Positions 14,501 through 28,500 of a DNA stretch of 64,000 nucleotides are shown one piece after another. The translations under genes and the position numbers were made by a program. The notes under the pieces are model-generated. The model made no database searches. It was not told where the DNA came from and saw only the letters and a list, made by a program, of their open reading frames with translations. Numbering within the stretch: position 1 is the first letter of the stretch; the number at the start of each line of letters is the position of its first letter. This stretch comes from Paragordius varius (lineage: Eukaryota; Animalia; Nematomorpha), in the NCBI GenBank assembly GCA_964247055.1, contig OZ176055.1, positions 4,464,001 to 4,528,000 of the forward strand. The letters run 5' to 3'.

Positions 14501-17500
14501 TCTAAATTATATAATTTAAATAAGTTTTTTGTTATGAGCATTGTAATTTATGTATAAACTCGCAAAATTAAATGCTAAAAGTAGGCTAAAACTGCTCGTT
14601 GCGTCAATAGAATAATTTTCAACATGTTATAAGTATAAATATAGTTTGAAATTATTAATCAGAGAATAGTTGTCAATTTAAATCTTTCAAGCGCTGCAGT
14701 TTAATAAAATACCTGATACGATATGTGTCAATAGTATTTTATACAATTTTTTGATGAATACCTCTAAGGATTAAATAATTACATTCATTAGTTGCCCCGA
14801 AATTTGAATCTTCAACACTGGATACCGTTCCACCCTCCTCCTCGTTAAATAATGCCCCTTTTGTGACGGAATTTAAAAAACCCAACACCTATCCCATCCG
14901 TAATGGAAATGAATTAACGGTCAAAGAATTCAGCCCAGGTTTCAGACTTGAGTGCACCTTTACAGCCAGACCAGAACCTCGAATTATTTGGTTAAAAAAT
15001 GGGAAAATTTTAGAAACACATGGTAGCAACAACAAGCGAGATTCGAAATCCAATTCTGAATATTCTACATTCCTAAATGATAATATTATCCCAAAATATG
15101 GTGGTTTACCCTCTGTTACAAAAAGTCCTTCTGCTATTTACTCCTACAAATTGGAAAATATTAATAATCTAAAGTATTTAGTTTTGTTTAATTAATTACT
15201 GAAATTAATTTTTCAATAAATAAGCTTTTACGGATTTTTAAATTATAGTAATTTGTAAGCAAGTATAGATTTTTTAGTTGCTTAAATTTTCCCAATTTCT
15301 GTTAATAATAGCAAGTAACAAAGTCATATATTTATTAAACAAATAAAATGGCTGTATACTATATTCTTGTTTTTTTTCCCTTAAAATAGCACTTTTGAAT
15401 CCAATTTGGGGTTTTCCCATTTCGATCATGCTCCAGGTTTACATTTTCCACAAACTACCCAATCTGATAGTTTACAAAATGACGGAATCTTTACATCCAA
15501 TACGGAACGTAACTCTCCTACTTTCCATACGAATCAAACATCTAACATGGTTGGACTTCAAAACGTTTTTCAGGTTTTGTTACATAATTTTAAAATAAAT
15601 TTTCCCAACATTTTTGGGATTTATTTTTCAGTAATTCCAGCTAATTAGTTTTATTGGGCCATTTTTTGGGTTAAAAAAGGTTTATTTAACAAATTAGGAA
15701 AAACGATCATAAATGAGTTTTGTAATCTAGGAGTTAACGGAAACAATTGTATAAACTATCTAAATTGAACCCAAATGTAATAATATATAGATGAAACGCT
15801 TTTCCACAGTTCTCACAGAAAAGCTTCATGCTTGTTAGCATTTTTTAGTACAACTTGGCTATTTAATTAATCATAATTATCATTTCTAAACAGACTACAA
15901 GTTATTTGTATTGGACAAACCCTATACGAGCTGAAGATAGTGGTATATACGCTTGTTTGGCCTTAGATCAAACAATGTATGATGATGAAATTTTTTCCGA
16001 CACTGACCTCAAAACATTTGAAAAAAATCATCCTGTTTCCTATAATGTCAGTTTACGCGTTATTCATCAACCATATATAATCAAAGCTCTCAGCCCACAG
16101 TTGATACCTACAGTGGAAAACAAAGGTAAATATATAAGTTTTGTGGAGTTATTTTCCTGTTTCTAGAATAAAAAGTTTTATTTATTTTTTGTATCAATAA
16201 TTGTTATCCGTTAAATAATGTTATAAACGAACATTTAAATGAACTAAAAATGATAATGATATTTCAACTGAAATTTAAACTCAAAATTAACTTAACTTTT
16301 TATGTTTAATTTAAGTTTAAATTTCAGTTGAATTTTCGTTTATAACATTATTTAATGGAATTTAACAATTGTTAATATTGTTGTTGACTATGTTTTTTCA
16401 ACATGTATAATTTTAGACTATGATGCCGCTTTATTTTGTACCGTTCAAGCTGACCCAAAACCATCTTTTGAATGGGAATTCGAAAATCAACCGGTAACAT
16501 TATATGATAAATAATATTTGTCTTCTTTATATAATTGTTTTTACCTATATTGATCATTCTTGTTTATAGATTTCGATTGGGCAAAATGGTAAATATCAAA
16601 TTTTTACGCATCCAGCATCTATATCGGCAGAAAATCAATATCTCAATTATTTGTTTAACGGGAAGCGATCATTTTATCAATCGATACTTTTTGCTAAAAA
16701 GCTGAGTGCTAATAATAAGGATATGTTTACTGAGGAACATACGGATATATTTGGCAATTATACCTGTACAGTCAAAAATGAATTAGGATCCTTGCAATAT
16801 TCTATAAATGTTCAAAAACCGAGTAAATCATATTATTTAAAACATACTTTACCTGACAAATGTCATAACATTATAAATTTACAGCACTTATAATGACAAA
16901 AACCAAAACTGATTCCAGATACCTTTAAAAAATAATGGTATAGGCCTAATAACAAAAAATATGAAAATCGCTTGCTAAAAACGTGTTAGAATACAAACTA
17001 TCCTTGATTTTTTGTATCCCTACGAAATACGTTTTTTGCCTCAAATTAATGGCTATTTAAATTTGCCATTTTTATTGAGATTTAAGTGTAATATTTCTAT
17101 ATTCTTGATACATGTGTTCGATACCTATATACGGTTAAAATTCTCAAGTATGTGATGGAACATAAAGAAATGTGTTATGAATTTCGAAAACTCACCATAC
17201 AAATTTGATTAAATATTTAAAGTTTTGGCTATCACTGAATTCACAGGAAAATATTTGTTAAACCAAGGAACACCCAATGCAGTGTAAATTTAAGGACTTA
17301 AAAAATTTATGCGATTATATTAAATGTTAATTAAAACCATTTACGTTTTTTAAATAACAACTGGTCCAATTTTTCGTAACCTAACTCGTTTTTTTAAAAC
17401 CGGTTTCCATTTCAGTCCAGGTTTCAAGCTCCATACTAATATTTATAAATTATCCAATTTTTTAATAGTGCAAAATGTATTTATACACGTATATTTTCTT

Positions 17501-18734
17501 TCTTAGCCATTCCGGAACCACCAACATTTTTGGGTGCTAAAAATATAACGGCCGAAAATGGCGTTATATTTGTACGTCCAAACTTCGCTGGAGAAATCAA
17601 GCAAACGCTCGTACTTAACTATTATAAGGTAGAGACTCAAAGAATCATTGAGGCAATTGATACATTGTTTAGCAATGAACAACAACACACTTCAAATCCA
17701 TTAATTAAAACGTCTATATCTTCACCTTTTCATCAAATGCACACAGAATTGGCACAAAAAGTGATATTTTTATTGTTTAATCTTTCTAGAAATTATTTTA
17801 TGCATTTTAAGCGCAGAAATTTGGTTGTATTTTTTTAATATATACCATTGACAATTCAAATTCACCCTAAAAGAAATTATGTGTTTTCGAACTTAAATAA
17901 CTATAAAAAAAATATATTCTTATGGCAATTTTTTCAGTATTATGTTAATTTTAAACGTAATGTCATTTTTTAAAAATGTAGGTATTTTAATCTAAAAAAA
18001 TCCATAATTTATTTTAGGGTGAACTTGAATTGTTCAAGGGGAATTTAAATTGTTTAAGTGTGAATTTGTAGTGTAAATGGTATATTACTATTTTTTAGAG
18101 CCATTAATATGAGCAAAACAAATGATTTTATTACCAATTTTATTTATAATTGGCAAATTCGTTTTTTTGTATGAAGGATGTTCTTTTTACCGGGAAATAT
18201 GTCATTTTACCCTTTGATCTCAGTGTTATTGGTCTTTCGCCCGTCGATATGCACCAACTAATCATAAAATCCTTGAAAACGAGAAATTCTACTTATCGAA
18301 ACTCTGTATATAATAGTGATAATTCCGACTCTCTCGATATGCCCATGCATTTCAACAAATTTGGTACTTCACCCACATCGTATGATCCTGATTTGGATTG
18401 GAACCGAGTCCAACATTTAGAATTAATACAAAGCGATACATTAGCACAATACACGGAAAATGCATACAATAATATGATTTCATCGCTCCAACAATCTGAT
18501 AATTATGCCAATAATTATAATATTAATCAAGTGAATTTTGATGTAACTCAATTGCTAGCAGAAGCGATATCACCTCAAACTTTTTCTGTTCTAGGTTAAT
18601 ACTTATATATTTACACGATATTTTACGCTACACAGAGTTTACAAGTATAAGCTCTAAATTATGTAAAGTAACTATATCAAAGTTGAATCGCAACGTAAAA
18701 AGTAAAAGTCAATCAATCATATATTTTTGGATCC

Positions 18735-18765
<31 letters not shown>

Positions 18766-21598
18766 CCAATAGGAATGTTGAAGGGGTTGTATATAGGGGC
18801 CTCTTATGACATAATTAACCATTAATCATGTTTAAATAAGAAAATAAGGTATTAAAAATATAGTTAACTTTTACATTACACACAATGCCTTATCATCCAT
18901 ACTTTACTGTATTTTAAAAAATATTAAATAATAAATTTGAATAATATGATAATGCGAATAGATTTGGAAGCCAACTCGAAATACATTTTCTGGGTCACGG
19001 CCTACAATTCGATCGGGAGCTCAACGGATCAAAACCTTAGCATTCCATTAAAACCACTCGTTCCGGAATTCATGATTTTGTCGACACCTCACATCCCTTT
19101 TGCTAAACACAGTTTATATGAAATATTTTTAAAATATATACATTTTTCAATAAGATTTTTTATTTAATATGTCGAAAATAGACATTGTGTTAAGGAATTG
19201 TTTTTTGACATTAAGTTGTTGAAAAAATATATTGTATAAATATAATCATAATTGTAATTTTTACGAAAAATACTAAATCATTAAAAATTAATTAAATGTC
19301 AATCTACAAAACAATTTTTTACAATACCAATTTTTTATTATTTTTATATTTCGATATGTTTTAGATATTTATTACCAGAGTCTTGTGTATTGGGCCCATA
19401 ACGATACTTTGCATTTAACTTTTTCGAATAGGATCCCATATCAAGATTTGTGCATAAACCTTGTTTCCATTGGTATTAATATTTTTTATGATTATATGTT
19501 AAATTTAATACCTATGATGGAAATAAACATTTTTACTTTTTAAAGTTTTTAGTTGAGAAACGAAATTTAGTATTTTATTATTTTAAATCATCGTACTTAA
19601 GCCAAAACTATTTTTGTAAAAAAGTAACTTATTTTGATACCACTTTTGGAGATATGTAAAAATTTTAATTAAACATATTAAGATAAGGCACATACAAAAT
19701 TCTTAATAATATCATATAGATCAATGTATAACGATTGGATCTAAAAACGTTTTACAAACCTCAAACCTTTTTGAAGTTTATATACCCAACTTACAGCAAT
19801 ATGGTCCGTTGGAACGAAATTTGCTTAATACCAATGATATAAACTCAAATATCAACGACCAAATCCACAAAGATATTTATGTTAAATTATGTGCTGTGTA
19901 TGATCCTCGCAATACGTGCGAAAACGAACAAAAAGCAGAGATTAGAGGTTGTTATTTGATAAATCACTTAATTATAGATATTAACATTGGTAATTAAAAT
20001 TGCCGCTTTATGGAAAAATTCGACGGTTTTTTATTAATTTTGTTTCTTTTAAAGAAGTTTGGGCTTTTATTATCCACATTTTATAGCTATTGATATTTTA
20101 CGTAATTAATCATAAATTAACATTTTTTATGCACCTCTATTTGTTATTAGCCGAAGGATTAACATTACAAACACACATTCAACCACAGTCAATTCATAAA
20201 AAATTATGGCTAATCATCGGAACCCCTTTGATTATGATAATTATGTTACTGGGGACATTGGCCATCGTTTGCCTCAAAAGAAAGAAAGAACGATGTAAAA
20301 TATTTTCGTAAAAATTATATAAATTTGGATTCTCCAACCTTTTATTTGCATACAACACGAGTAAAAATGCATTGATACTTTTTTTTTTATTAAATATTGC
20401 CAGATAGGACATACAGCAAAGAGCATATTGTTGGCCTCTAGCAAATTAGTTTTTTTTGCTAGCAGCCAATACAATAGGAGTGCTCTTTACTGTATATCTA
20501 TGTTTATAAAACAAAGTATTTTTATTCATCCTTTTATAATCTATTTAAACTTTAATTAATATCATATTTTAAAGCTATTTTCGCCAATGAATATTTATCA
20601 TTGATTTGATTATGTTTCGTTTCTAGTACTGAAAGAATACGAAATGAAACAAGCCAACACCGCATCGGCCATGTTTAAACCAACAAATTACACGATTGGA
20701 TCCCTGAAATCTAATAATATGAATAATAGTTCAATCGGTAGAAAACCAAACCACACTCACAATAATAATGGTGTGCACCATGTTGCAAACGGTTCTGCAA
20801 ACAAAGATCATAAATTTAGTAATGGATCAATTGGATCCGCACATAATAAAAATTACAATACAAACACAATATCTAGCAATGGGCACTCGGGGGCTTTTGT
20901 TAACCGAGCCCTCGATTTAGTTGACGAATATCAAGTCACATCTCCGACAAGTATATTTCATAAAAACTTTTTGTATACGCTATTTTGACCTTAAATATTT
21001 GTTGTACTAATTAAAATTAGGAAAGACTAATATAAAGAAAACCATGATTTATTCATAACCTATCATTTTGGTCTACAAATAAAAAATAGAGATGTAAATG
21101 AGTAAAACATCTAATAATATATATTTTATCAAAATAATAAATCAGGATAAAAATATGGTTTTAGCTATAAAAATATTAATCTTTTACTATTTATGTTTTG
21201 TCTTTTTTAATTTGCACTGTTTAATTTTAGACACTGCTTACAACAATATTAACAATGTTCATGTTGATCAATCACATCATCCGGTTGTGAGAAATTCCAA
21301 ATTTGCGCATCAAAAGTTCAAGAGTCCCGAGGATCTTTTGATGGCCGCAAACGATTTCGAAGACGATTCTGATCAAGAATTTAACGCTTCACCTAGCAAT
21401 GGTGGTAACCATTCATCCATTTTTAATTCAACATCTTACGCTCATCACAATTACAATAGCAACAACAATAGTTATAATAAACCATCTTACAGCAATAATA
21501 TAAATCACCACAATGATATAAATCATTATACCAATCCTAATTTTATCAATGAACTTTCCTCTGCCCACCCGGATGAACCCTTTAGGGGTAATGAATAA
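8938..21598 (+). CDS. Echinoid/Fred-like (nephrin-related) Ig-superfamily single-pass receptor: 7 Ig, 2 FN3, TM, Asn-rich tail; 5' exon(s) not located
   Basis: 23 exons with consistent phases: 8938-9298, 9832-9989, 10304-10433, 11044-11237, 11589-11876, 12242-12442, 12673-12770, 13081-13360, 13554-14066, 14311-14454, 14792-15173, 15390-15573, 15894-16125, 16417-16493, 16570-16822, 17507-17760, 18177-18594, 18962-19111, 19365-19472, 19720-19947, 20151-20294, 20627-20950, 21231-21598 (about 1830 aa). Seven Ig Cys pairs (LPC..FEC, VTC..FAC, ISC..LTC, IPC..YVC, LSC..YYC, LEC..YAC, LFC..YTC). FN3 motif PEPP...DLEANSKYIFWVTAYNSIG. A Cys-containing second FN3-like region (VKLCAVYDPRNTC). TM LWLIIGTPLIMIIMLLGTLAIVCL followed by KRKK. 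The 7 Ig + 2 FN3 layout matches Drosophila Echinoid; orthology is an inference. Confidence 0.85.
10447..10700. mobile_element. MITE family A (TATACCATTTAC termini, subterminal TTCACCCT repeats), copy 1
   Basis: Inverted ends TATACCATTTACAAC and GTGTAAATTATATA. Internal TTAGGGTGAATTGAATTGTTC is shared with the copy at 17841-18085. Ends in a (TA)n run. Confidence 0.6.
17841..18085. mobile_element. MITE family A, copy 2
   Basis: Left TATACCATTGACAATTCAAATTCACCCTAAAA is inverted to right TTTTAGGGTGAACTTGAATTG...GTAAATGGTATA. Confidence 0.65.
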
Positions 21599-22575
21599 AT
21601 TAAATTATAGAGTAAAATAGGATTATGTATTAGACCGGTTAAAATATATAGTAGCCGGTCTGAGCGCTTCTTATGAATGCAGATATAAGCACTAACTATT
21701 ATAGCCACAAATCCAGTGTTTTAATTAAGTTAAAAAAATTTGAGCTTTTGGAAATAGGATAGAATCATGGTCATAAATGGATTTGTAACAGGTAAAATTT
21801 AATTCCAATCCAAAATAAAAGATATAATTTTTTTTGCTTACAAAAATAGCAAATGGTGGAAAACGTTTCTTTTTTTATAATCAAAATTAAAATATTTGAA
21901 ATATTGATACCGAATCATAATCCATTTTTATTTAAACACACATTAGATAATATACAGAAAAATGGTTCGACCACATCATCCCTTACAAATCTACAAGAGG
22001 TAATTGTTTAAAGCAAAAAAAAATGTATCCATTTCACAATGTGCCAAAACATGAACCATTTTAGAGCATTTATAAAAAGAGCATGCATGCTATGTTACGC
22101 AATTTTCATCCTCAATCATCATACCCATGCATTTATGTTTCTGATAACTTTTAAATTTTTTGGATCAAATGTATATAAAATATTTAGATTTTTATGATTC
22201 CATTCATCCCAGTCTCAATTTTTATGGATATTTTATTACATTTTTACTCTATTATTGTTTATAATTCATTTGATTACTATTATAATATGGATTTGTATAT
22301 AAAGATAAATAAATACCAATAAATTTATATATTAATTTTTTACCCTTATAGGTAAAACTTTCAATTTTCATAACATTTGATAAAGATGGTCATTATTTAT
22401 ATTATATCAAAGAAAAATTCAGATTTATCTTATTTAGACGCAATAAATAAATCTGAAAAATAAAACCTTAATAATTTATTTTTTCCTTCCATAATAAAAG
22501 TTACAAAGCACGTTAAATGCAAATGTTGTCAAAACCAAAGCACGAATGATGTTAAGCGTTAGGTTACTCCATAAT

Positions 22576-25480
22576 TTATAATTTTTCGAAATTCCATAGA
22601 CTTGATGCTTTAGAAATTAATGAATGGGTCGATATCCGTTTAGATCCTGACTTAACATCAGAACTTGTCTCAGAATGGCTGGCTGGTGGTATAATTAATT
22701 CTTGTTTAAGCTCATCCAATAGGGAGGGCAAATTGTATACCTCCCGATTAAATTTGAATTTATGAACTTTGCGAAAAAGGACATGAGTTATAAGATCCGC
22801 AGAAGATGGCCTATATATGTTAGGAACAATGTAAGACGTGGATGATAAACATGAAGGACATTTTTAAAAGCAATAACTGAAAGATTTTTATTTTTATATT
22901 ATAACCATAGCTTTAAATTTTTTTATATATAACATTCAGATCGTGATCGATTAGGATCTCATATTCATTTGAAATATTTGGTTGACAAAATAACAGTCTA
23001 TTAGTTCTAAATTTAAGGCTTGTTTAGACTAATACTTAGGATTTAACGCCTAGAATGAAATTATTTATCTTTTATAATAAAAATTTAATGAGTCTGATAC
23101 TAACAAAACCAAATTCTATCCTAAAAAACTATTTTTTTGCATTATTAAAAGATTACCTTTCCTCCGGATCAAATGTTAAACAAGCAAGAACAAAAGCTCT
23201 GAACTCAGAAGAAAAAGTAAAAATATCCGAAGTTGTACTGTTGGATGAGTCTTTAGAGCCAGAAATATCCAGAGCACCTTTAGTATTGTCTTTTATCAAA
23301 GCGGGATTGGGTTGACCTACCGTGATTAAACCATAACTTGGTCGAAAGGAAAACTTTGTTGATCTAAAATATACAATATGTATTATTTTTATGTAAAAAT
23401 GTTCCCTAAATAAATTTTGAAATTAGAGAAAAACTTTCTGGGTTGTGTAAAATCTTTGACGCGATTTGCACGAAAATCAATTAAAGTAGCTCTTCGAGTA
23501 CTCTTTTTACCAACTTTTGATATGGGGAAATTTGACAACTTTGTTGTCTTTGCAGCATTTGCAGTGGTTGGGATTAAACTTTGATACCTTCTCCGCTTTT
23601 GAGAAATATAGTAATTATCGAATTTGGATTGCACTAAGGGAGGTGGTAAAGGTGAATGCGATGGTAAACCTTCATGACCTTAAAAATTATTTATATAAAA
23701 TTAATCGATTGTTTTAATTAAATCCTTTCCCAGTGAGAAAATGTATGTTTAAGCAAATCCGAATATTTTTTAGGGCTGTTTGCAATTTAAATTAGAATTA
23801 CAATGAGATATATTATATATTTACTGTAAAAATTAGAATTATAAATACTTAGCATAAAGTGAAAGACTAAAATTTCTTGATTTTTTATATAGCTATTGTT
23901 TAATAGAACTGTAAACACTTACTACACTCATATTAATTGTAATCAAAAATGTTTCATAGAAATTAATGATAAGTAATTTTTTTAAATCAGATATCATATT
24001 TACCTCTACGAAGATACTTCTGAAGCGAAGAAATATTATTAAACATGGCACTTCCTTTACGTTGAATATTAGCACTTGCTCTTCGTAAAGATCCACGAAA
24101 AAGAGAATTTGATTTCTGACGCATTTCTCCAAACTCCTGTTTCTTATGTGCGTCTTCCTATTTTAATATAATTTTAAACTAAATGTAAAGATAGATATTT
24201 TAATGGAGTTCAAAATACACTAAAATTCAAAGTTTTAAGACAAAACGTAAAAACATTTTCCATTATGACAACCATACGAAAATATTTTTGGGTTTTACGA
24301 ATTGCCTTTATAATAAAATTATATTTTTACTGTATATTAAAACATCATACTTCCAATGGTAATGCCATGGATTTGTCACCATTAGATATTTTAGTTACAT
24401 GAAAATATTTTTTCTTTTGTTTGGCAGGAGTAGATTGGGTACTTTGTATAATGGTAGGTTCTTGGAATCTAAATATAGGCAAAAATATATTTTTCTTTTA
24501 TAAATTTAATTTATTATAAAAATTTAGGTTTTAAATAAAAATAAGCACGACTAAATTACTTTAAATTGGTGGTGAGTGTTTTGTAAAGTTTACGCTTTTG
24601 AAACGAAGGTCTGGAAGCCAAATTAGGTAGTATATCAGTAGGTTCAGTATTTATCACTAAACCAAATCTTTCATTTTTCTATACATTAATTGATTATTGT
24701 AATGGTAATGAACGGATTGGTTATGTTTTGTAATAACAGTTGTTAAAATCCGTAATTTAATGATAAAGGATAATTAAATAGAATTAAATGAAATTATAAA
24801 TAGATCACATATAGTTTATAATTTCATTTAATTCTATTTAATTATCCTTTATCATTTAAATTACGGATTTTAACAACTGTTATTAATTGATTATATTATA
24901 TAGTTATATATTATAATCAACACGTAATATTAATGAATAAACGTGAAATCCAAAAAATTATAATTAGTTCTTTGCTTAATAAATCTTAAAAAAGTTATAT
25001 TTCAAATCAAACTCTATATTAAATTATATATAATTAATAAGAAAAAGTAAATCTTTTTCCATATTATATTAATGCAGAATAATCTCTCCATAACTTTTTG
25101 AAAGTTTCAAAAAAACAAAAAACACATTCAAAGCAGCAAATAAAAGTATGTTAATGAATCATTATTGTATAATTAAATAACCAATTTTAATCAAATAAAA
25201 AGGTTAGACAATCCTAATATTTAGAATAATAAAAGCATGACAGGTTTTAGTAGTGATTGATTACTTTTTCAGTTCCTTCGACCTCTTTTTTTACGTTGTA
25301 AGGTTTTATAGCGATAGCGGCACTGAGTTTTCTGGGTAAACCATCTTGATTTTGTGAAGGGGATTCGATTTCGGCAATGTCCGCGTATCTGTCTTCGCTT
25401 GATTCTTTTTTAAAAAAAATATTATAATTAATAATGAATTAATTAACGTTGGACACAAAATCTGGTTTTAAGTGAGATGT

Positions 25481-25512
<32 letters not shown>

Positions 25513-28500
25513 TGTTTAAAATTATAATATTATATAAAAATGAAAATATTTATACAAATTTATTACCAGTATGTATATGTTAGTCGGATGGATATTTAAG
25601 AAATACAAAAACACATAAGTTAAAATTTCTTTCCTTTTACATTGAAAAGTGTATTTAAGACTGATGAAAGCTTTAATATTTACCTGGCCAAGGCTAACAG
25701 TGATGATGGAAAAATTGTGCAGTTTTACCCATTGTATTTAATTCCGATTTATTTTGATAAAAAAATTTTAGATTAAATTTAAATTTTTTAAAGCTTTTTT
25801 AACACTATACCATTTTTTTCGTCGGGAAGATATGTGTTGAAAAGTCCAAAAGGTCCCATACCCTCAGCCCGTTTAAGAATGTCATCCGTAAAAAGAACGA
25901 CTTTGCGATGAATGACACAATCTTCAAAACTACTCTCATTACTACTTCCAAGCGTTGTAATTTTTGCGTTTATGTTACTAAACAAAGAGTATTAAAATAT
26001 TTCCGAAATACTAGGAGATGTCTAAAGACCAAACAGACTTAAAAATTATAGTTACAACCAAAATATTTAAAATTTTATTTGTCGAAAACGGTAGGATAAA
26101 TTAGATTAAATTAGTTAGCATCTTGTAAAATTTAAATTAATTATTCGTTCGGATATGCCAAATACCGAATAATACAGTTATACAATAGTGACAGATATTA
26201 ACTAATTACTCAAAAATCCTATTAAATAAAACGTAAAAATTCAAACAAAATCTACTACAGATAGGGTAAATTTTAACCCAAAGATATAGGGAAGTACCCT
26301 GCAATATTGGTATCAGGACCCTTTTTATGCCATGCTTCATTTTTGCGATTAACAACAATAATTGAATTTTGTTGATCCGAATCGATTTTGTTTTCCCAAT
26401 TACTAACTTCATCGTTATAATTTTCTTCGATAACTGGTATCATAGACTGTTTTTTTAATTTATACATTTCAGTTATTGGGTTAATGTTTGGAGAAGGATT
26501 AACATGAGATGGATTTATACTTTCATACACATTATTTCTTTGGGGATCGGAATAACGCTTTTGGCTCAAAGACAAAATCATATTGTGAAATTTGGCTATC
26601 ATTGAATAAAAAACATTAGAGTTTATACCAAATATCTTCAGGATACAATAAATATCATCAATAAAAGTAATTAGATTTCGTTCAAAATTATAAGTAGCCT
26701 AATTAACAATAGGTATACATTTCATTTGATTAACTGTGAGAGAGAGAATCGATGCTCGCCGAGGGCTGTATTCCAGATAGTATGGCACTTTTCCACTTAT
26801 TTTTTCCAATAAAATCTATTAAAAACGCAAAAAATAGATGATAGGAATTTGTTAAAATTTTATGATTAACTATAAATTTTTTCGCAAATTTTTTATAATA
26901 ACCGTTAATAAATTGTCTTTTAAAGTTTAAAATATTTGGGGTGTTTGCTTAAATTCTCAATATCTATCGCTTAAATGTTTTTATAATATTGATTATTCTC
27001 TTCTTCCAATCAAAATTAAAAAATAGATAAAAACAAGTAAACACTTTTAATACTTTAATTTTGCATGATAAATTTTTTTAAAATAAAACTTGAGTATTCT
27101 TCATTCCTTGATATGGATGTTTACCACTAATCATTTGACAAGCCAACAATCCCAAACTATAAATGTCATTTTTACCATTGTACCCGCGCAAATCCTTAAA
27201 ATAATATGAATAAATTTTTTTGTGAGTATCAACAAAAATATTTAAATGTTCGTTCTAAAAACAATTTTTGCATGTGTAAGCTCTTTCAGAAACATTACTT
27301 GTGTTTAACTCAATTTTTAACTGGGAGCAAAATTCTTTCCTATAAAATCAGCGTTTTCATAGAAAAAATTGGTGAATAAGCCCCTATTACCTTTTGGGAG
27401 ACTTTATTTGAAAAAAGTCGATGATAAGTTTTTGTCCGAAAATTGGGAGTTTAACTTTAGATAGAAATAAAAAATGCCGTATAGGTATTCAAGAGGGCTA
27501 AGTTACATTAAAGAAACATCGCAAATAGCCGCAAAAAAATTATACATTTTGAATAATAGCGTTTCTGTATTTGCGAATTTCTAACTTGTTAGAATTATTG
27601 AGATGAAATACTGAAAATAAATGAAGGGGTAAATGCTTCGCATACATCAATATTTAATCTTAATTTATACTTGTCGAATGATGCGCCCTACTTGATGAAT
27701 TACAATAATATATAAAAAAACCTAAATTTATGGTATTATTGGTAATATATATACATATTATAATAAAAATTTATATAATTATGCTGTAAAAAATACCATC
27801 CTAAAAATGTTTGACATTCTTTAAAATAAATATTTATATCAAAAGCACAAGTTCAAATGATTTACTATGAAAATTTAACATAACACTAAATACAAAAGAT
27901 AAAGCCATCTTATAACTTAAGAAATGCTCAAAACGATTAATATTAAATTGATTTGCACTTTGTTTTTTGACATTTTTTCTTAGACAGCAAAAGCCCATTT
28001 TCCGTTTTAAATGATTCCTGATCACGCTCAATTTCAATTTTTAAAAAAGAAATACACTCAAATTTGACACATTATCATAAATGAATACAAACTTGCGCTA
28101 GCGCTTCGGGACTAGCTGCAAAGATAAATGATTCTAAGATTTTGCTTTCTGTTCGACTAATGTTTAATTGTTCAGGAAAATCAAATATTTTTTGTTTTAA
28201 CATTCCATGAATATATTGAGTAGTTATTAACTCAAACCCGCCCAAAAGAGCCTTTCCTTCGCTCAATAGAAAAACATTTTTACAAGATACATTTCTATTA
28301 TATATAATGCATTATACCGATGAATTATATTTCGCATGTGGAGATATATTAAAGCTTTTAGGATGTCAAATAAAATTTTTATGGCTAAAGATTCAACAAT
28401 ACCACGATGAATTTTCTCGATTAAATATTCAATATTGCCTGGATACAAATAAATTATTACCATATTCAACAAATGGTAAATAATATTGCAAACATATTCC

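Noticed and set aside
17761-17789. Possible 29-nt intron in the IgSF gene
   Set aside because: Leads to TAA within 7 codons. The acceptor at 18176 restores the frame.
26699-26718. Possible 20-nt intron in STRAD (GTATACCTATTGTTAATTAG)
   Set aside because: Splicing gives a stop after three codons. The same donor with the acceptor at 26596 (123 nt) keeps the frame.
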